DNA of 64,000 bases from an uncultured Gemmatimonadales bacterium. Its GTDB lineage: Bacteria > Gemmatimonadota > Gemmatimonadetes > Gemmatimonadales > GWC2-71-9. Below the pieces are notes generated by a model. That model did no database searches. It saw only the letters and a list, made by a program, of their open reading frames with translations, and was not told the DNA's origin. Made by a program: the position numbers and the translations under genes. Below, one piece after another: positions 1-11,481 of this stretch. The DNA lies in the NCBI GenBank assembly GCA_963695555.1, contig CAVOGR010000002.1, forward strand, positions 352,001 to 416,000. Reading direction: 5' to 3'. Each line of letters opens with the position of its first letter. Positions within the stretch are counted from its first letter, which is position 1.

Positions 1-663
1 AACGGCCGGGCGGCTCGGGTCAACGATCTCCTGGACATCGTGGGCCTGGAAGAGGCGGGCAACAAGATGGTGGGGCAGTTCTCGTCCGGCATGAAGCAGC
101 GACTGCTCATCGCGCGGGCGCTCCTCCCCGAGCCGCGGCTGCTGCTGCTCGACGAACCGACCCGAAGTCTCGATCCGGTGTCGGCCGAGCGCTTCCGCAG
201 GTTCCTCCGCGACGAGATCGGTGGGCGCCAGGGTTGCACGATCCTCCTCGCCACGCACAACGCCGAGGAAGCGCTCGATTTGTGCACTCGTGTGGCCGTG
301 CTCGATCGGGGGAGGGTCCGGGCGGTTGGGACGCCGGAGGCGCTCGCGCTCCGCGTGGCGGAGCAACGCTTCCGGATCTACACCCGGACGCCCGACGCGC
401 CGGCGTTCGGGGAGTTGCTCCACCGGGGCCTGGCGCAGAGTGTCAGCATGACGGCCGCGGCTGACGGCCAGTGGTCGGTGGTGGAGGTCGAGATTCCAAA
501 GGGCAACGAGGGATGTGAAGCCGTTCTTGTCTACCTCGCCCGCCAGGGCGTTACGGTAGCCCGCCTCGAGCGCGTCCGACCCACCCTGGCCCAGGTCATC
601 GAGCACGTGGTGGCCCAGCATCCGCCGGGCACGGCAGCAGCAGCAGAGGCCCCTCGATCATGA
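1..663 (+). CDS. ABC transporter ATP-binding protein (ABC-2/DrrA-like), 5'-truncated by window edge
   Basis: Frame is open from base 1; ABC signature FSSGMKQRL, Walker B LLLLDEPT, H-loop LATH; stop overlaps the permease start (ATGA). Confidence 0.9.
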   Translation, partial: NGRAARVNDLLDIVGLEEAGNKMVGQFSSGMKQRLLIARALLPEPRLLLLDEPTRSLDPVSAERFRRFLRDEIGGRQGCTILLATHNAEEALDLCTRVAVLDRGRVRAVGTPEALALRVAEQRFRIYTRTPDAPAFGELLHRGLAQSVSMTAAADGQWSVVEVEIPKGNEGCEAVLVYLARQGVTVARLERVRPTLAQVIEHVVAQHPPGTAAAAEAPRS

Positions 664-1460
664 GGACGATCCTGGCGTTCCTGCGGGCCAATTGGCTCAC
701 CGCGACGAGCTATCGGATCGACCTCGTCATCTCGCTCATCTCGCTGGCCGCCGCCGCCGTCCCGCTCTACTTCGTGTCGGGCGCACTGCAGCCCTTGATG
801 GCGGACTCGATCCGAACCGAGGGCGGGCAGTATTTTGGGTTCGCGCTGGTGGGTATCGTGACGTACAGCTTCCTGGGTGTTGCGGTGAACAGCATCCCCA
901 CCGGCTTGGGGAAGAGCATTAGCTCGGGCACGATCGAGGCGTTTCTGGTCGCGCCGGCATCCTTGCCTTCGATTCTCGCCGCCTTCGCCTCCTACGATCT
1001 GATATGGACCACCATGCGGGCCGTGGTCTTTCTCGGGGTGGGCGCGGTGCTCGGCGCTCGCTTCGCCCCGGCCGGACTGCCGGCAGCCCTATTCATCCTG
1101 GCTCTGACCGTGCTGGCCTACGTGCCCATCGGCCTCATGGCGGCGGCAATGGTCATGGCATTCCGAACGACGGGGCCGCTTCCTAAGGCGGTGTTCGCAG
1201 CCTCGGCGCTGCTTGGTGGCGTGTACTATCCCACGACCGTCATCCCGTCCTGGATCGAGCTGGTGTCGCGCATCGTGCCCCTCACCTACGGGCTCCGCGC
1301 CATCCGGCGCACGCTGCTCGAAGGATGGTCACTCGGGCAGGTGGGCGGGGACGTATTGACCCTGATCGGGATCAGCGCCGTGCTGTTCGCCGTCGCGATT
1401 CCGTTGTTCCTGAAGGCGCTTGGGACGGCACGCCGCCGCGGGACGCTCGCTCACCCATGA
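660..1460 (+). CDS. ABC-2 type transporter permease
   Basis: About six hydrophobic segments; GGVYYPTTVIPSW...PLTYGLRAIR is typical of ABC-2 permeases; coupled to the ATPase. Confidence 0.88.
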   Translation: MRTILAFLRANWLTATSYRIDLVISLISLAAAAVPLYFVSGALQPLMADSIRTEGGQYFGFALVGIVTYSFLGVAVNSIPTGLGKSISSGTIEAFLVAPASLPSILAAFASYDLIWTTMRAVVFLGVGAVLGARFAPAGLPAALFILALTVLAYVPIGLMAAAMVMAFRTTGPLPKAVFAASALLGGVYYPTTVIPSWIELVSRIVPLTYGLRAIRRTLLEGWSLGQVGGDVLTLIGISAVLFAVAIPLFLKALGTARRRGTLAHP

Positions 1461-1467
1461 GGGGCTA

Positions 1468-3372
<1,905 letters not shown>

Positions 3373-3620
3373 TTCTCGTGCATCATGGTGCGGACAGGGC
3401 CTGGGCCCCATCCCCCTGCAGCATGGTCGCAACTTATTCCGCCTCATCAGGTTATGGGACGTTATCCCAAGACGTGCTCCGTGTCCCGATCGGCTGCCTG
3501 GTCGCTAACTCCCGATCCCATCTGGTCTTAGAGGGGTGACCTGGCGGGTGCCCTCTGTTCAAGTCAGGAAATTGGATGCATTATGATGCCCTGCCACCCA
3601 CTCATCAGAGAGGTTGAATC

Positions 3621-6200
3621 ATGCGCAGCTCTCGTTGGCAAGGCTTGTTCGGCTGGCGGGCTTCCCTCGTATTCCTAGGAGTGTGCGCCGCCGGCCTGGC
3701 ATTCGCGACCTCGGCCCGAGCCCAAGCTACCGGCACCGTCACGGGCTCCGTGACCCGAGCCGAGGATGGAATTGCGCTCCTCGGCGTGACGGTGTTGGTG
3801 CAGGGAACCAACCTCCAGACGTCCACCAACGCGGAAGGTCGGTACACGCTCGCACGAGTGCCTGATGGGGCACAGGTCATTGTGTTTCGCTGGCTGGGCT
3901 ACGGGGGGGTCGATCAGCCGGTCACGGTTTCGGCCAACCAGGCCGCGGTGGTGAACGCGGCGCTGACGCGGGCCCCCATCGCCCTCGGCGAGCTCACCGT
4001 CGAGGCGGCCTCCCGCGCGCCCGAGCGGGTGGTGGAAGCGCCTGCGGCGGTGTCCCTGGTTACCCCCCAAGTATTACGGGCGGCGTCGCTGACGGGCCAA
4101 GCGGGCATCGCGCTCCAACAGCTCCCCGGTATGGACGTGGTCCAGAGCGGGGTCAACGACTTCAACGTGAATGCCCGCGGCCTCAACTCGTCGCTGAATA
4201 GACGGGTGCTGGTCTTGCTGGACGGCCGCGACCTGGCGATTGCCTTCCTCGGCGCCCAGGAGTGGAACGGTCTGCCGGTTCCACTCGAGGACCTGGATCG
4301 GGTCGAAGTGGCACGCGGCCCCGGTTCCGCACTCTATGGCGCGAACGCGTTCAGCGGCGTGGTCAACATGATCACACCGGATGCGCGCCAAGTCTTGGGT
4401 ACCAAGGTCACATTGGGCGGTGGCGAGCTGGCCACCTTCCGGGGCGACTTGCGGCACGCCGGCATGATTGGCGAGGGTCGGGTCGGGTACCGCGTGAACG
4501 CGGGCTTCTACCAGAGCGAGAGCTTCACCAAGTCCCGAACCGGCGTTGGCGACTGGGCGAGCGAGTACGCCACGGCCACCGACGATTCGAGCCTGCTCCC
4601 TTCCGCATCTGCCATTGAAGTCGTGCCGTTGGATGGTCAGACGACGGCCGGCCTCGGTCAACCCGCCACCGGCGAGCCCGACGATTTGCGGAACATTTAC
4701 GGCTCCGCCCGCCTCGATTACTACGCCGACAACGGATCGGTGGTCTCGGTGGACGGTGGGGCCACACGGGTCGAGAACGAGGTCTTCGTGACCGGCATCG
4801 GGCGAGTACAGGTCAAGAAGGGCACCAAGCCCTGGGCGCGCGTCGCGTGGGCCGCCGAGCGTTTCAACCTCTCGGCGTGGTACACCGGCCGAAACACCAA
4901 CGAGGATCAGGTGTCGCTCGCGAGCGGCGCTCCGCTCTTGGAAACATCCGCCATCTTCCACGTCGAGGGTCAGACCAACCACAACTTCGTAGAAGACCGC
5001 GGCCGCCTCGTCGTCGGGGCATCGTTCCGGAACTACAACGTCGATACCGAGGGCACCCTGATGGCCCTGAGCGACGACAACCGGAGCGACAAGTCCTATT
5101 CCGCATACGGCCAAGTTGAGTTCAAGCTGATACCCGAACTCAAGGCGGTGACGGCCCTTCGCTTCGACGATGCCGACCTGCATGAGGCACAGTACTCGCC
5201 GAAGGCCGCCCTGGTGTTCAGCCCGACGCCGGATCATTCCATCCGACTCACCTACAACCAGGCGTTCCAGGTTCCCAACTATTCCGAGTTCTTCCTGCGC
5301 GCCGCCGCAGGGGCACCGGCCAACTTCTCGCAGCTCGAAGCGGGCCTCCGGGCCTCGCCACTTGGCCCGGCACTAGCCGGCGTGCCGGTGGGTGAACTAT
5401 TTGCCGGCGCCACCGGAGGAAGCTCCTCGGCCGTGCCGGTCCTGGCTCTCGGCAATGCCGGCCTCGACGTTGAGACGGTCAAGGGCTGGGAGATCGGGTA
5501 CAAGGGCAACATCACCGACCGCGCCTACGTAACGGTCGATCTCTTTCAGAGCAAGATCGATAACTTCGTCACCGATCTCCTGCCCGGCGTGAACCCGACC
5601 TACGGTGCCTGGACTGCTCCCGCTGCGGTCCCGGGTCCGGTTGCCCCCCAGCTCGAGGACGCGGTACGGAGTCAACTCCTCGCCGCAGGCCAGCTCACGG
5701 CCGCCTTCGGGCTCACCCGGCTCCAGAACGGTGCGACCGCCATCGTCGTCTCGTACACCAATGCGGGCTCCGTGAAGCAGCGGGGAATCGAGCTGGGCTT
5801 CGGCATTCAACTCATCGACGAGGTCCGCTTCGACGGGTCGTACACCTTCTTCGACACCGGCTACTTCATGGATCAGGTCAAGGGCCTCCAGGCGGGGGAC
5901 GTGCTGGAGCCCAACACGCCCAAGCACAAGGCCAACTTGTCGCTCGCCTATAGCGGGCTCCAGGGACTCGACGCCGAGGTGGCCGTCCGGATGATCGATG
6001 GCTATGACTGGGCCGCCGGTATCTTCCAAGGCCACGTGCCATCGAGTGAGACGGTTAACGTGAGCGCCGGCTACCGGATCAGTAACCACTTCCGAGTCCA
6101 GGCCGCCGTCACCAACCTGTTCGATCAGGAGCGCTACCACCTCTATGGTGGCTCGGTTATCGGCCGGCGCATTCTCGCTGGGGTGACAACCTACTTCTAA
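3621..6200 (+). CDS. TonB-dependent outer-membrane receptor with N-terminal carboxypeptidase-regulatory-like domain
   Basis: Signal peptide (SARA-Q); GTVTGSV..TNAEGRYTL domain; plug motifs RVLVLLDG and RVEVARGPGSALYGANAFSGVVNMIT; NLFD near the end; terminal Phe. Confidence 0.93.
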   Translation: MRSSRWQGLFGWRASLVFLGVCAAGLAFATSARAQATGTVTGSVTRAEDGIALLGVTVLVQGTNLQTSTNAEGRYTLARVPDGAQVIVFRWLGYGGVDQPVTVSANQAAVVNAALTRAPIALGELTVEAASRAPERVVEAPAAVSLVTPQVLRAASLTGQAGIALQQLPGMDVVQSGVNDFNVNARGLNSSLNRRVLVLLDGRDLAIAFLGAQEWNGLPVPLEDLDRVEVARGPGSALYGANAFSGVVNMITPDARQVLGTKVTLGGGELATFRGDLRHAGMIGEGRVGYRVNAGFYQSESFTKSRTGVGDWASEYATATDDSSLLPSASAIEVVPLDGQTTAGLGQPATGEPDDLRNIYGSARLDYYADNGSVVSVDGGATRVENEVFVTGIGRVQVKKGTKPWARVAWAAERFNLSAWYTGRNTNEDQVSLASGAPLLETSAIFHVEGQTNHNFVEDRGRLVVGASFRNYNVDTEGTLMALSDDNRSDKSYSAYGQVEFKLIPELKAVTALRFDDADLHEAQYSPKAALVFSPTPDHSIRLTYNQAFQVPNYSEFFLRAAAGAPANFSQLEAGLRASPLGPALAGVPVGELFAGATGGSSSAVPVLALGNAGLDVETVKGWEIGYKGNITDRAYVTVDLFQSKIDNFVTDLLPGVNPTYGAWTAPAAVPGPVAPQLEDAVRSQLLAAGQLTAAFGLTRLQNGATAIVVSYTNAGSVKQRGIELGFGIQLIDEVRFDGSYTFFDTGYFMDQVKGLQAGDVLEPNTPKHKANLSLAYSGLQGLDAEVAVRMIDGYDWAAGIFQGHVPSSETVNVSAGYRISNHFRVQAAVTNLFDQERYHLYGGSVIGRRILAGVTTYF

Positions 6201-6310
6201 TCGCCGCGTGACCACGCTGGGGCACCGTGCCCGATCCCGGCCCAGCCGGGGTCGGGCACGGTGTCGTTGATGGGATAGCGTCCCAGCCGGCGGGCCGGCA
6301 GATTCGTTCC

Positions 6311-7171
6311 ATGTGGCTCGCTCTTCTCCGCGCGATGGCCTTCGGGGTCACGCTCTACGTCGCCTTGGCCGCGGTCCTCTGGTTGTCCCAGAGCCGGATG
6401 ATTTTCTTCGCACCCCGAGGCGCCGTACCCGATCCGCGCGCGTTCGGACTGGCTGGCGAGCGGGTGGCGGTCGAGACGGCCAATGGGCTCACGCTCTACG
6501 GTTGGTACTTGCCGGCGGAGCGGGAACCCGGCTCGGTTGCGCCGGCCCTCATCTGGTTTTACGGCAACGCCGAGAACGTGGCGCTGCTGGCACCCCTCCT
6601 CGGCTCGCTCCGCCCACCCGGCTATGCCCTGCTGGTCCTGGACTATCGTGGCTACGGCCAGAACCCGGGCACGCCGAGTGAGGCGGGGCTCTACCAGGAC
6701 GCGGATGCCGCGTGGTCGTGGCTCGATGGCAGACCGGACATCGATCTCGGGCGCGTAGCCGTCTACGGGCGATCACTGGGAAGCGTGCCGGCACTCTACC
6801 TTGCCACCACCAAGCCAGTGGCGGCCGTGATTCTCGACTCGCCGTTTACCACGGCCCGAGCCATGGCCCGGGTCCACTACCGGCTGTTCCCGTCGTTTCT
6901 AGTCCGCTTTGCGATGGACAACCTGTCGCGATCGAAGCGGATCACCGCGCCGCTATTCATCATCCACGGAACTCACGACCGGATCGCACCCATCCGCATG
7001 GGCCGAGCACTCGCCCGCGGCGGCAGGGCGCAGGTGCTGCACGAGGTCCAAGGGGCAGGCCACAACGACGTCTACCAAATGATTCGACCTCCCTATGCCC
7101 ACGTGATCCGGCAGTTTCTCGCTACCGTCCGGGACGCAGGGGCTGCCGAGCCGCCGCGCGGCACGCCGTGA
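6311..7171 (+). CDS. Membrane-anchored alpha/beta hydrolase (ABHD13/Bem46-like)
   Basis: N-terminal TM; FYGNAEN, DYRGYG, nucleophile GRSLG, HGTHD, AGHND; start chosen at ATG 6311 (ORF is open from 6227). Confidence 0.88.
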   Translation: MWLALLRAMAFGVTLYVALAAVLWLSQSRMIFFAPRGAVPDPRAFGLAGERVAVETANGLTLYGWYLPAEREPGSVAPALIWFYGNAENVALLAPLLGSLRPPGYALLVLDYRGYGQNPGTPSEAGLYQDADAAWSWLDGRPDIDLGRVAVYGRSLGSVPALYLATTKPVAAVILDSPFTTARAMARVHYRLFPSFLVRFAMDNLSRSKRITAPLFIIHGTHDRIAPIRMGRALARGGRAQVLHEVQGAGHNDVYQMIRPPYAHVIRQFLATVRDAGAAEPPRGTP

Positions 7172-7980
7172 CGACGAGCCCCCTGCTCCAGGTTGGCCGC
7201 CGCCTCGTCATCGCGCATCGGGGAGCGTCGGCGTACGCCCCCGAGAACACCATGCCCGCGTTTCAACTCGCGGTGGAGCAGGGGGCGGACGCGATTGAGC
7301 TGGACGTCAGGGTGACCGGCGATGGCGTCCCGGTGGTGCTCCACGATGCCACCACGGCGCGCACCACGGATGTGGCCATGGTCCTGGCGGACACCACGGT
7401 GAGCCAGTTGCGAGCGGTCGATGCCGGGGCACGATTCTCGCCTGACGACGGCCGGACGTTCCCGTGGCGGAACCGGGCAGTGAGGGTACCGACGCTGGCG
7501 GACGTGCTGGAGGCCATTCCGGATCTTCCGCTTCTCATCGAAATCAAAGAGCCACGGGGCCAGGGAGAAGTCCGGCGCGTCATCGAGACCCACTCGGCAC
7601 AGCACCGTGTGGTCGTGGCCTCCGCCGACTGGCACGCACTTGCCGCGTTCCGCGACGGCCGCTTCAGCCTTGGTGCCAGTCGGCGCGAGATCGTTAGGCT
7701 GTATGCAGGCGCGTTGGCTGGACGGGCTCCCCGCGCCGTGGCGTACCGAGTGCTCTCGGTCCCCCAGTCTTTCCACGGTCTTCCCGTCCCGACGCCGCGA
7801 TTCGTGGCGGCAGCCCATCGGTGCGGATGCCCGGTGCATGTGTGGACCGTTGACGATCCGGCCGCCGCCCGGCGATTGTGGGGCGATGGGGTTTCAGGTA
7901 TCGTAACCAATGTTCCGGATGTGATGCGCCAGGTTCGGGATACAATACCATTCACACCCGACGCCGCTACAAACCTCTGA
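7168..7980 (+). CDS. Glycerophosphodiester phosphodiesterase
   Basis: [44 protein letters not shown] start overlaps upstream stop. Confidence 0.92.
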   Translation: MTTSPLLQVGRRLVIAHRGASAYAPENTMPAFQLAVEQGADAIELDVRVTGDGVPVVLHDATTARTTDVAMVLADTTVSQLRAVDAGARFSPDDGRTFPWRNRAVRVPTLADVLEAIPDLPLLIEIKEPRGQGEVRRVIETHSAQHRVVVASADWHALAAFRDGRFSLGASRREIVRLYAGALAGRAPRAVAYRVLSVPQSFHGLPVPTPRFVAAAHRCGCPVHVWTVDDPAAARRLWGDGVSGIVTNVPDVMRQVRDTIPFTPDAATNL

Positions 7981-8004
7981 TATCCGCCTCGTGACGGGAG
8001 GACA

Positions 8005-9078
8005 ATGGCTCGCACCAAGGCTCGGAAGAAGGCTCAGCGGAACGCGCGCAAGAAACCCAGAAGGCTCTTCTGGACCCGGTGGTCCGACGAACGGCTCCTC
8101 GAACTCCGGCTCTGCGACCTGGGGCTTCGCGTCGAGGGTACCTGGATTGCCAAGCGCGTGAAAGAACTCTACCGCGAGCTCGGTGCTCGGGACATCCGGC
8201 TGCGGCCGCACATTTGGCTGACCGACGAGTGGTTCAGCCCGGCCGGGATTCCCGGCATTGGCGTGCCATTCTATTTAGCGCATCCGAGGCTCATGCGGCT
8301 CGAACGAGCCAAGATGCTCGAAGTGGAAGGTGGCACGCGCGCGGATTGCCTCCGGATACTGCGTCACGAGACCGGCCACGCGCTGCAACATGCCTATCGT
8401 CCGGAGCGGCGGCGGTCGTGGCAGCGCCTGTTCGGTCTTTCCTCCACGAAATATCCGGAGTACTACCGGCCGAATCCAGCCAGCAAGCGCTACGTGCAAA
8501 ACCTTCGGTTTTGGTACGCACAGAGCCACCCGGACGAGGACTTCGCCGAGACCTTTGCGGTGTGGCTCAAGCCCCGCTCCGATTGGCGCAAGCGCTACGC
8601 GAGCTGGCCGGCCATCAAGAAGCTCGAGTACGTCGATCTGTTGATGGCCGAGATTGGGCCGACCGTGCCTGTGGTGCGGACGCGGGCACAAATGGACTCG
8701 ATTTCGACACTGCGCACAACCCTCGGTGAATTCTATGCGGCTCGCCGCGAACGCTACCGCATGGACATCCCCAACACCTACGATCGCGACCTGCTTCGTC
8801 TCTTCTCGAATGACCCCCGGCATCGCCGACATCAGGCGGCCTCCACGTTTCTCCGACTGCATCGTGCCGAGATCCGAGCCCGCATCGCCAAGTGGTCCGG
8901 CGAGTATCAGGCCACACTCGACGCGGTGTTGGCCGACATGATAGGCCGCTGCCGGGAACTCCGACTCCGCGTGGCGGGGTCCGAACGGCAGCTGGTGATG
9001 GACTTTACCGTCATGCTGACGGTGAACGTGATGCAGGTGCTGTACGGCCGTGGCCGGCGGGATTGGATCGCCCTATGA
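8005..9078 (+). CDS. Putative zinc-binding metallopeptidase (zincin-like)
   Basis: HETGH (HExxH) and downstream YAQSHPDEDFAETFA third-ligand motif; no signal peptide. Confidence 0.8.
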   Translation: MARTKARKKAQRNARKKPRRLFWTRWSDERLLELRLCDLGLRVEGTWIAKRVKELYRELGARDIRLRPHIWLTDEWFSPAGIPGIGVPFYLAHPRLMRLERAKMLEVEGGTRADCLRILRHETGHALQHAYRPERRRSWQRLFGLSSTKYPEYYRPNPASKRYVQNLRFWYAQSHPDEDFAETFAVWLKPRSDWRKRYASWPAIKKLEYVDLLMAEIGPTVPVVRTRAQMDSISTLRTTLGEFYAARRERYRMDIPNTYDRDLLRLFSNDPRHRRHQAASTFLRLHRAEIRARIAKWSGEYQATLDAVLADMIGRCRELRLRVAGSERQLVMDFTVMLTVNVMQVLYGRGRRDWIAL

Positions 9079-10088
9079 AAAAACACCGCATCCTCGTCCT
9101 CATGCACCCGGAGATGGTGCCGCCCGAAACCGTGCGCGGGTTCACGCAGGATGAGATCAATTTGTGGAAGACGGAATACGACGTGGTCACCACGCTCAAG
9201 GAACTGGGCCACGAAGTCGTGCCGGTCGGTGTCCAGGACGAACTGCTCCCGGTCGGGCAGGCGGTGCGTGACCTGGAGCCCCACGTCGTGTTCAACTTGC
9301 TGGAAGAGTTCCACGGGAAGGCGACCTACGACCAACACGTGGTCAGTTACCTCGAATTGCTTCGCATGCCGTATACCGGCTGCAACCCGCGCGGGTTGGT
9401 GCTGGCCCGAGGGAAAGCCCTGAGCAAGAAACTCTTGGCGTACCACCGGATTCGCGTTCCCGCCTTTGCCGTCTATCCCATCGGCCGCAAGGTGCGCCGC
9501 TCCACACGCCTCGCCTTCCCGCTCATCGTCAAGAGCCTGATCGAACACGCCTCCCTCGGCATTGCGCGAGCGTCGGTGGTCGACTCCGATGAAAAGCTGG
9601 CCGAGCGTGTGGCGTTTGTGCACGAGCACATCGGTACCGACGCGATTGCGGAACAGTACATCGAGGGACGGGAGCTGTACGTGGGCGTGCTCGGGAACGA
9701 ACGGCTGCAAGTTCTTCCGACCTGGGAGCTCACCTTCGAAGGCATTCCCGACGACGCTCCCCGCATCGCCACGGCCAAGGTGAAGCACGACCCTGCATAC
9801 CAGGCGCGGCGCGGCATTTTCCAGGGGCCGGCCGAGAACATCCCGGCGGCGCTCGAGATGCACATCACACGAATCTGCAAGCGGATCTACCGGATTCTCG
9901 AACTCTCAGGCTACGCCCGAATCGACTTCCGTCTCACCGAGGCGGGCGAACTGTATTTCCTCGAAGCCAACCCCAACCCCGAGATCGCCCAGAGCGAGGA
10001 GTTCGCCTCCGCGGCCGACTATGCCGGGATCGAGTACCCCGAGCTCTTACAGAAGATCGTCAATCTCGGTATGCGACGAAGGCACTGA
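9075..10088 (+). CDS. Ddl-like ATP-grasp ligase (non-canonical)
   Basis: LELLRMPYTG, PLIVKS, EQYIEGRE, GYARIDFRL, YFLEANPNP; lacks canonical Ddl GGxSxE, LHG..GEDG and EVNTxPG motifs; ATGA overlap with the peptidase. Confidence 0.85.
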   Translation: MKKHRILVLMHPEMVPPETVRGFTQDEINLWKTEYDVVTTLKELGHEVVPVGVQDELLPVGQAVRDLEPHVVFNLLEEFHGKATYDQHVVSYLELLRMPYTGCNPRGLVLARGKALSKKLLAYHRIRVPAFAVYPIGRKVRRSTRLAFPLIVKSLIEHASLGIARASVVDSDEKLAERVAFVHEHIGTDAIAEQYIEGRELYVGVLGNERLQVLPTWELTFEGIPDDAPRIATAKVKHDPAYQARRGIFQGPAENIPAALEMHITRICKRIYRILELSGYARIDFRLTEAGELYFLEANPNPEIAQSEEFASAADYAGIEYPELLQKIVNLGMRRRH

Positions 10089-10137
10089 CCAGTCCATTCA
10101 TCCGCGACCTTCAGTAGGCCGGTCGCTGGGAGGCCGT

Positions 10138-11427
10138 ATGCAGACCCGCCGATCCTTTGTCGCCGCTCTGGCCGGAGCGGCTGCGACCCTCCCGCCATTC
10201 CGCGCCGACGCGATCATGCAACTCTGGCGTGCCAACGACGTAGCCGGAACTCGTTCGCCCGAGGAGGTGGCCGAGGACGAGTCCTACTGGAGTCACATCC
10301 AGCGGGCGTTCGACACCGACCGGACGATCATCAACCTCAACAACGGCGGGGTCTGCCCAACCCCAACCCACGTGCTGGAGGCCATGATCAGGGATCTGCG
10401 CTTTACCAACGAGATCCCGGCCTATCACATGTGGCGGCTCCTCGAGCCCAGAATCGAATCGGTACGACGAGAATTGGCCATCGAATTCGGCTGCGACCCC
10501 GAAGAAATGGCAATTACGCGAAACGCGTCCGAGGCGATGGAGACCATGATCTTCGGCCTCGATCTCAAGCGCGGCGATGAGGTGCTTGTCACCAACCAGA
10601 ACTACGGACGGATGCTCACCTCGTGGAACCAACGTGAACGCCGTGACGGCGTCGTGCTGAAACAGGTCTCCTTTCGCGTTCCGCCCCCCTCGCCCGAATA
10701 CCTCGTGGACCAGTTCCGTCGCGCCATCACCCCACGCACTCGCGTCATCGAAGTCACCCACATCACCAACCTGACCGGTCAGGTCATGCCGGTCCGCGAG
10801 CTCGTTGAGCTGGCCCGCCCACGTGGCATCGAGGTGTTTGTCGATGGAGCGCACGCGTTCGCCCATTTTCCCTTTACCCGCGACGACCTGGCGTGCGACT
10901 ATTACGGAACCAGCCTCCACAAGTGGCTTCTCGCGCCCATTGGAACTGGATTTCTCTACGTCCGGAAAGAGAAGCAACGAGGGCTCTGGCCCCTGATGGC
11001 GGCCTCCGAGGCACAGGACAACGACATTCGCAAATATGAGGAAATTGGCACGCACCCGGCCGCGAACCACAATGCCATCGCTGCCGCGCTGGCGTTCCAT
11101 CGGGGCATCGGGGCCGATCGCAAGATCGCGCGCCTTCGGTATCTTCGGAACCGGTGGGCCAAGCACTTGCTCGCGTCGAGCGACCGCGTTCGAGTGCATA
11201 CGCCGCTGGACACCAACGACGCGGGCGCCATCGCGTTGATCCAGGTCGACGGGCTGGATTCAGGTCAGTTGTCCGAGTGGCTGCTCGGGCGGCACCGCAT
11301 TTTCACGGTCGCGATCAAACACGCTGAGTTCGAGGGTGTCCGGGTGACACCCAACGTGTACACCACCGTGGACGAGGTGGATCGCTTCGCCGAGATGACG
11401 CTCCATGCCATAGCCCACGGCATCTGA
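10138..11427 (+). CDS. Class V PLP-dependent enzyme (isopenicillin N epimerase/cysteine desulfurase-like) with Tat-like leader
   Basis: LNNGG, TRNASEA, VDGAHA, PLP-lysine motif SLHKWL..P.GTG; N-terminal TRRSFV; GGAGG RBS. Confidence 0.85.
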   Translation: MQTRRSFVAALAGAAATLPPFRADAIMQLWRANDVAGTRSPEEVAEDESYWSHIQRAFDTDRTIINLNNGGVCPTPTHVLEAMIRDLRFTNEIPAYHMWRLLEPRIESVRRELAIEFGCDPEEMAITRNASEAMETMIFGLDLKRGDEVLVTNQNYGRMLTSWNQRERRDGVVLKQVSFRVPPPSPEYLVDQFRRAITPRTRVIEVTHITNLTGQVMPVRELVELARPRGIEVFVDGAHAFAHFPFTRDDLACDYYGTSLHKWLLAPIGTGFLYVRKEKQRGLWPLMAASEAQDNDIRKYEEIGTHPAANHNAIAAALAFHRGIGADRKIARLRYLRNRWAKHLLASSDRVRVHTPLDTNDAGAIALIQVDGLDSGQLSEWLLGRHRIFTVAIKHAEFEGVRVTPNVYTTVDEVDRFAEMTLHAIAHGI

Positions 11428-11481
11428 GTGCTGCCGGAACACGACCTTGTCAGGGTTCCGTGCCGCCACAACCTTTCGGGC

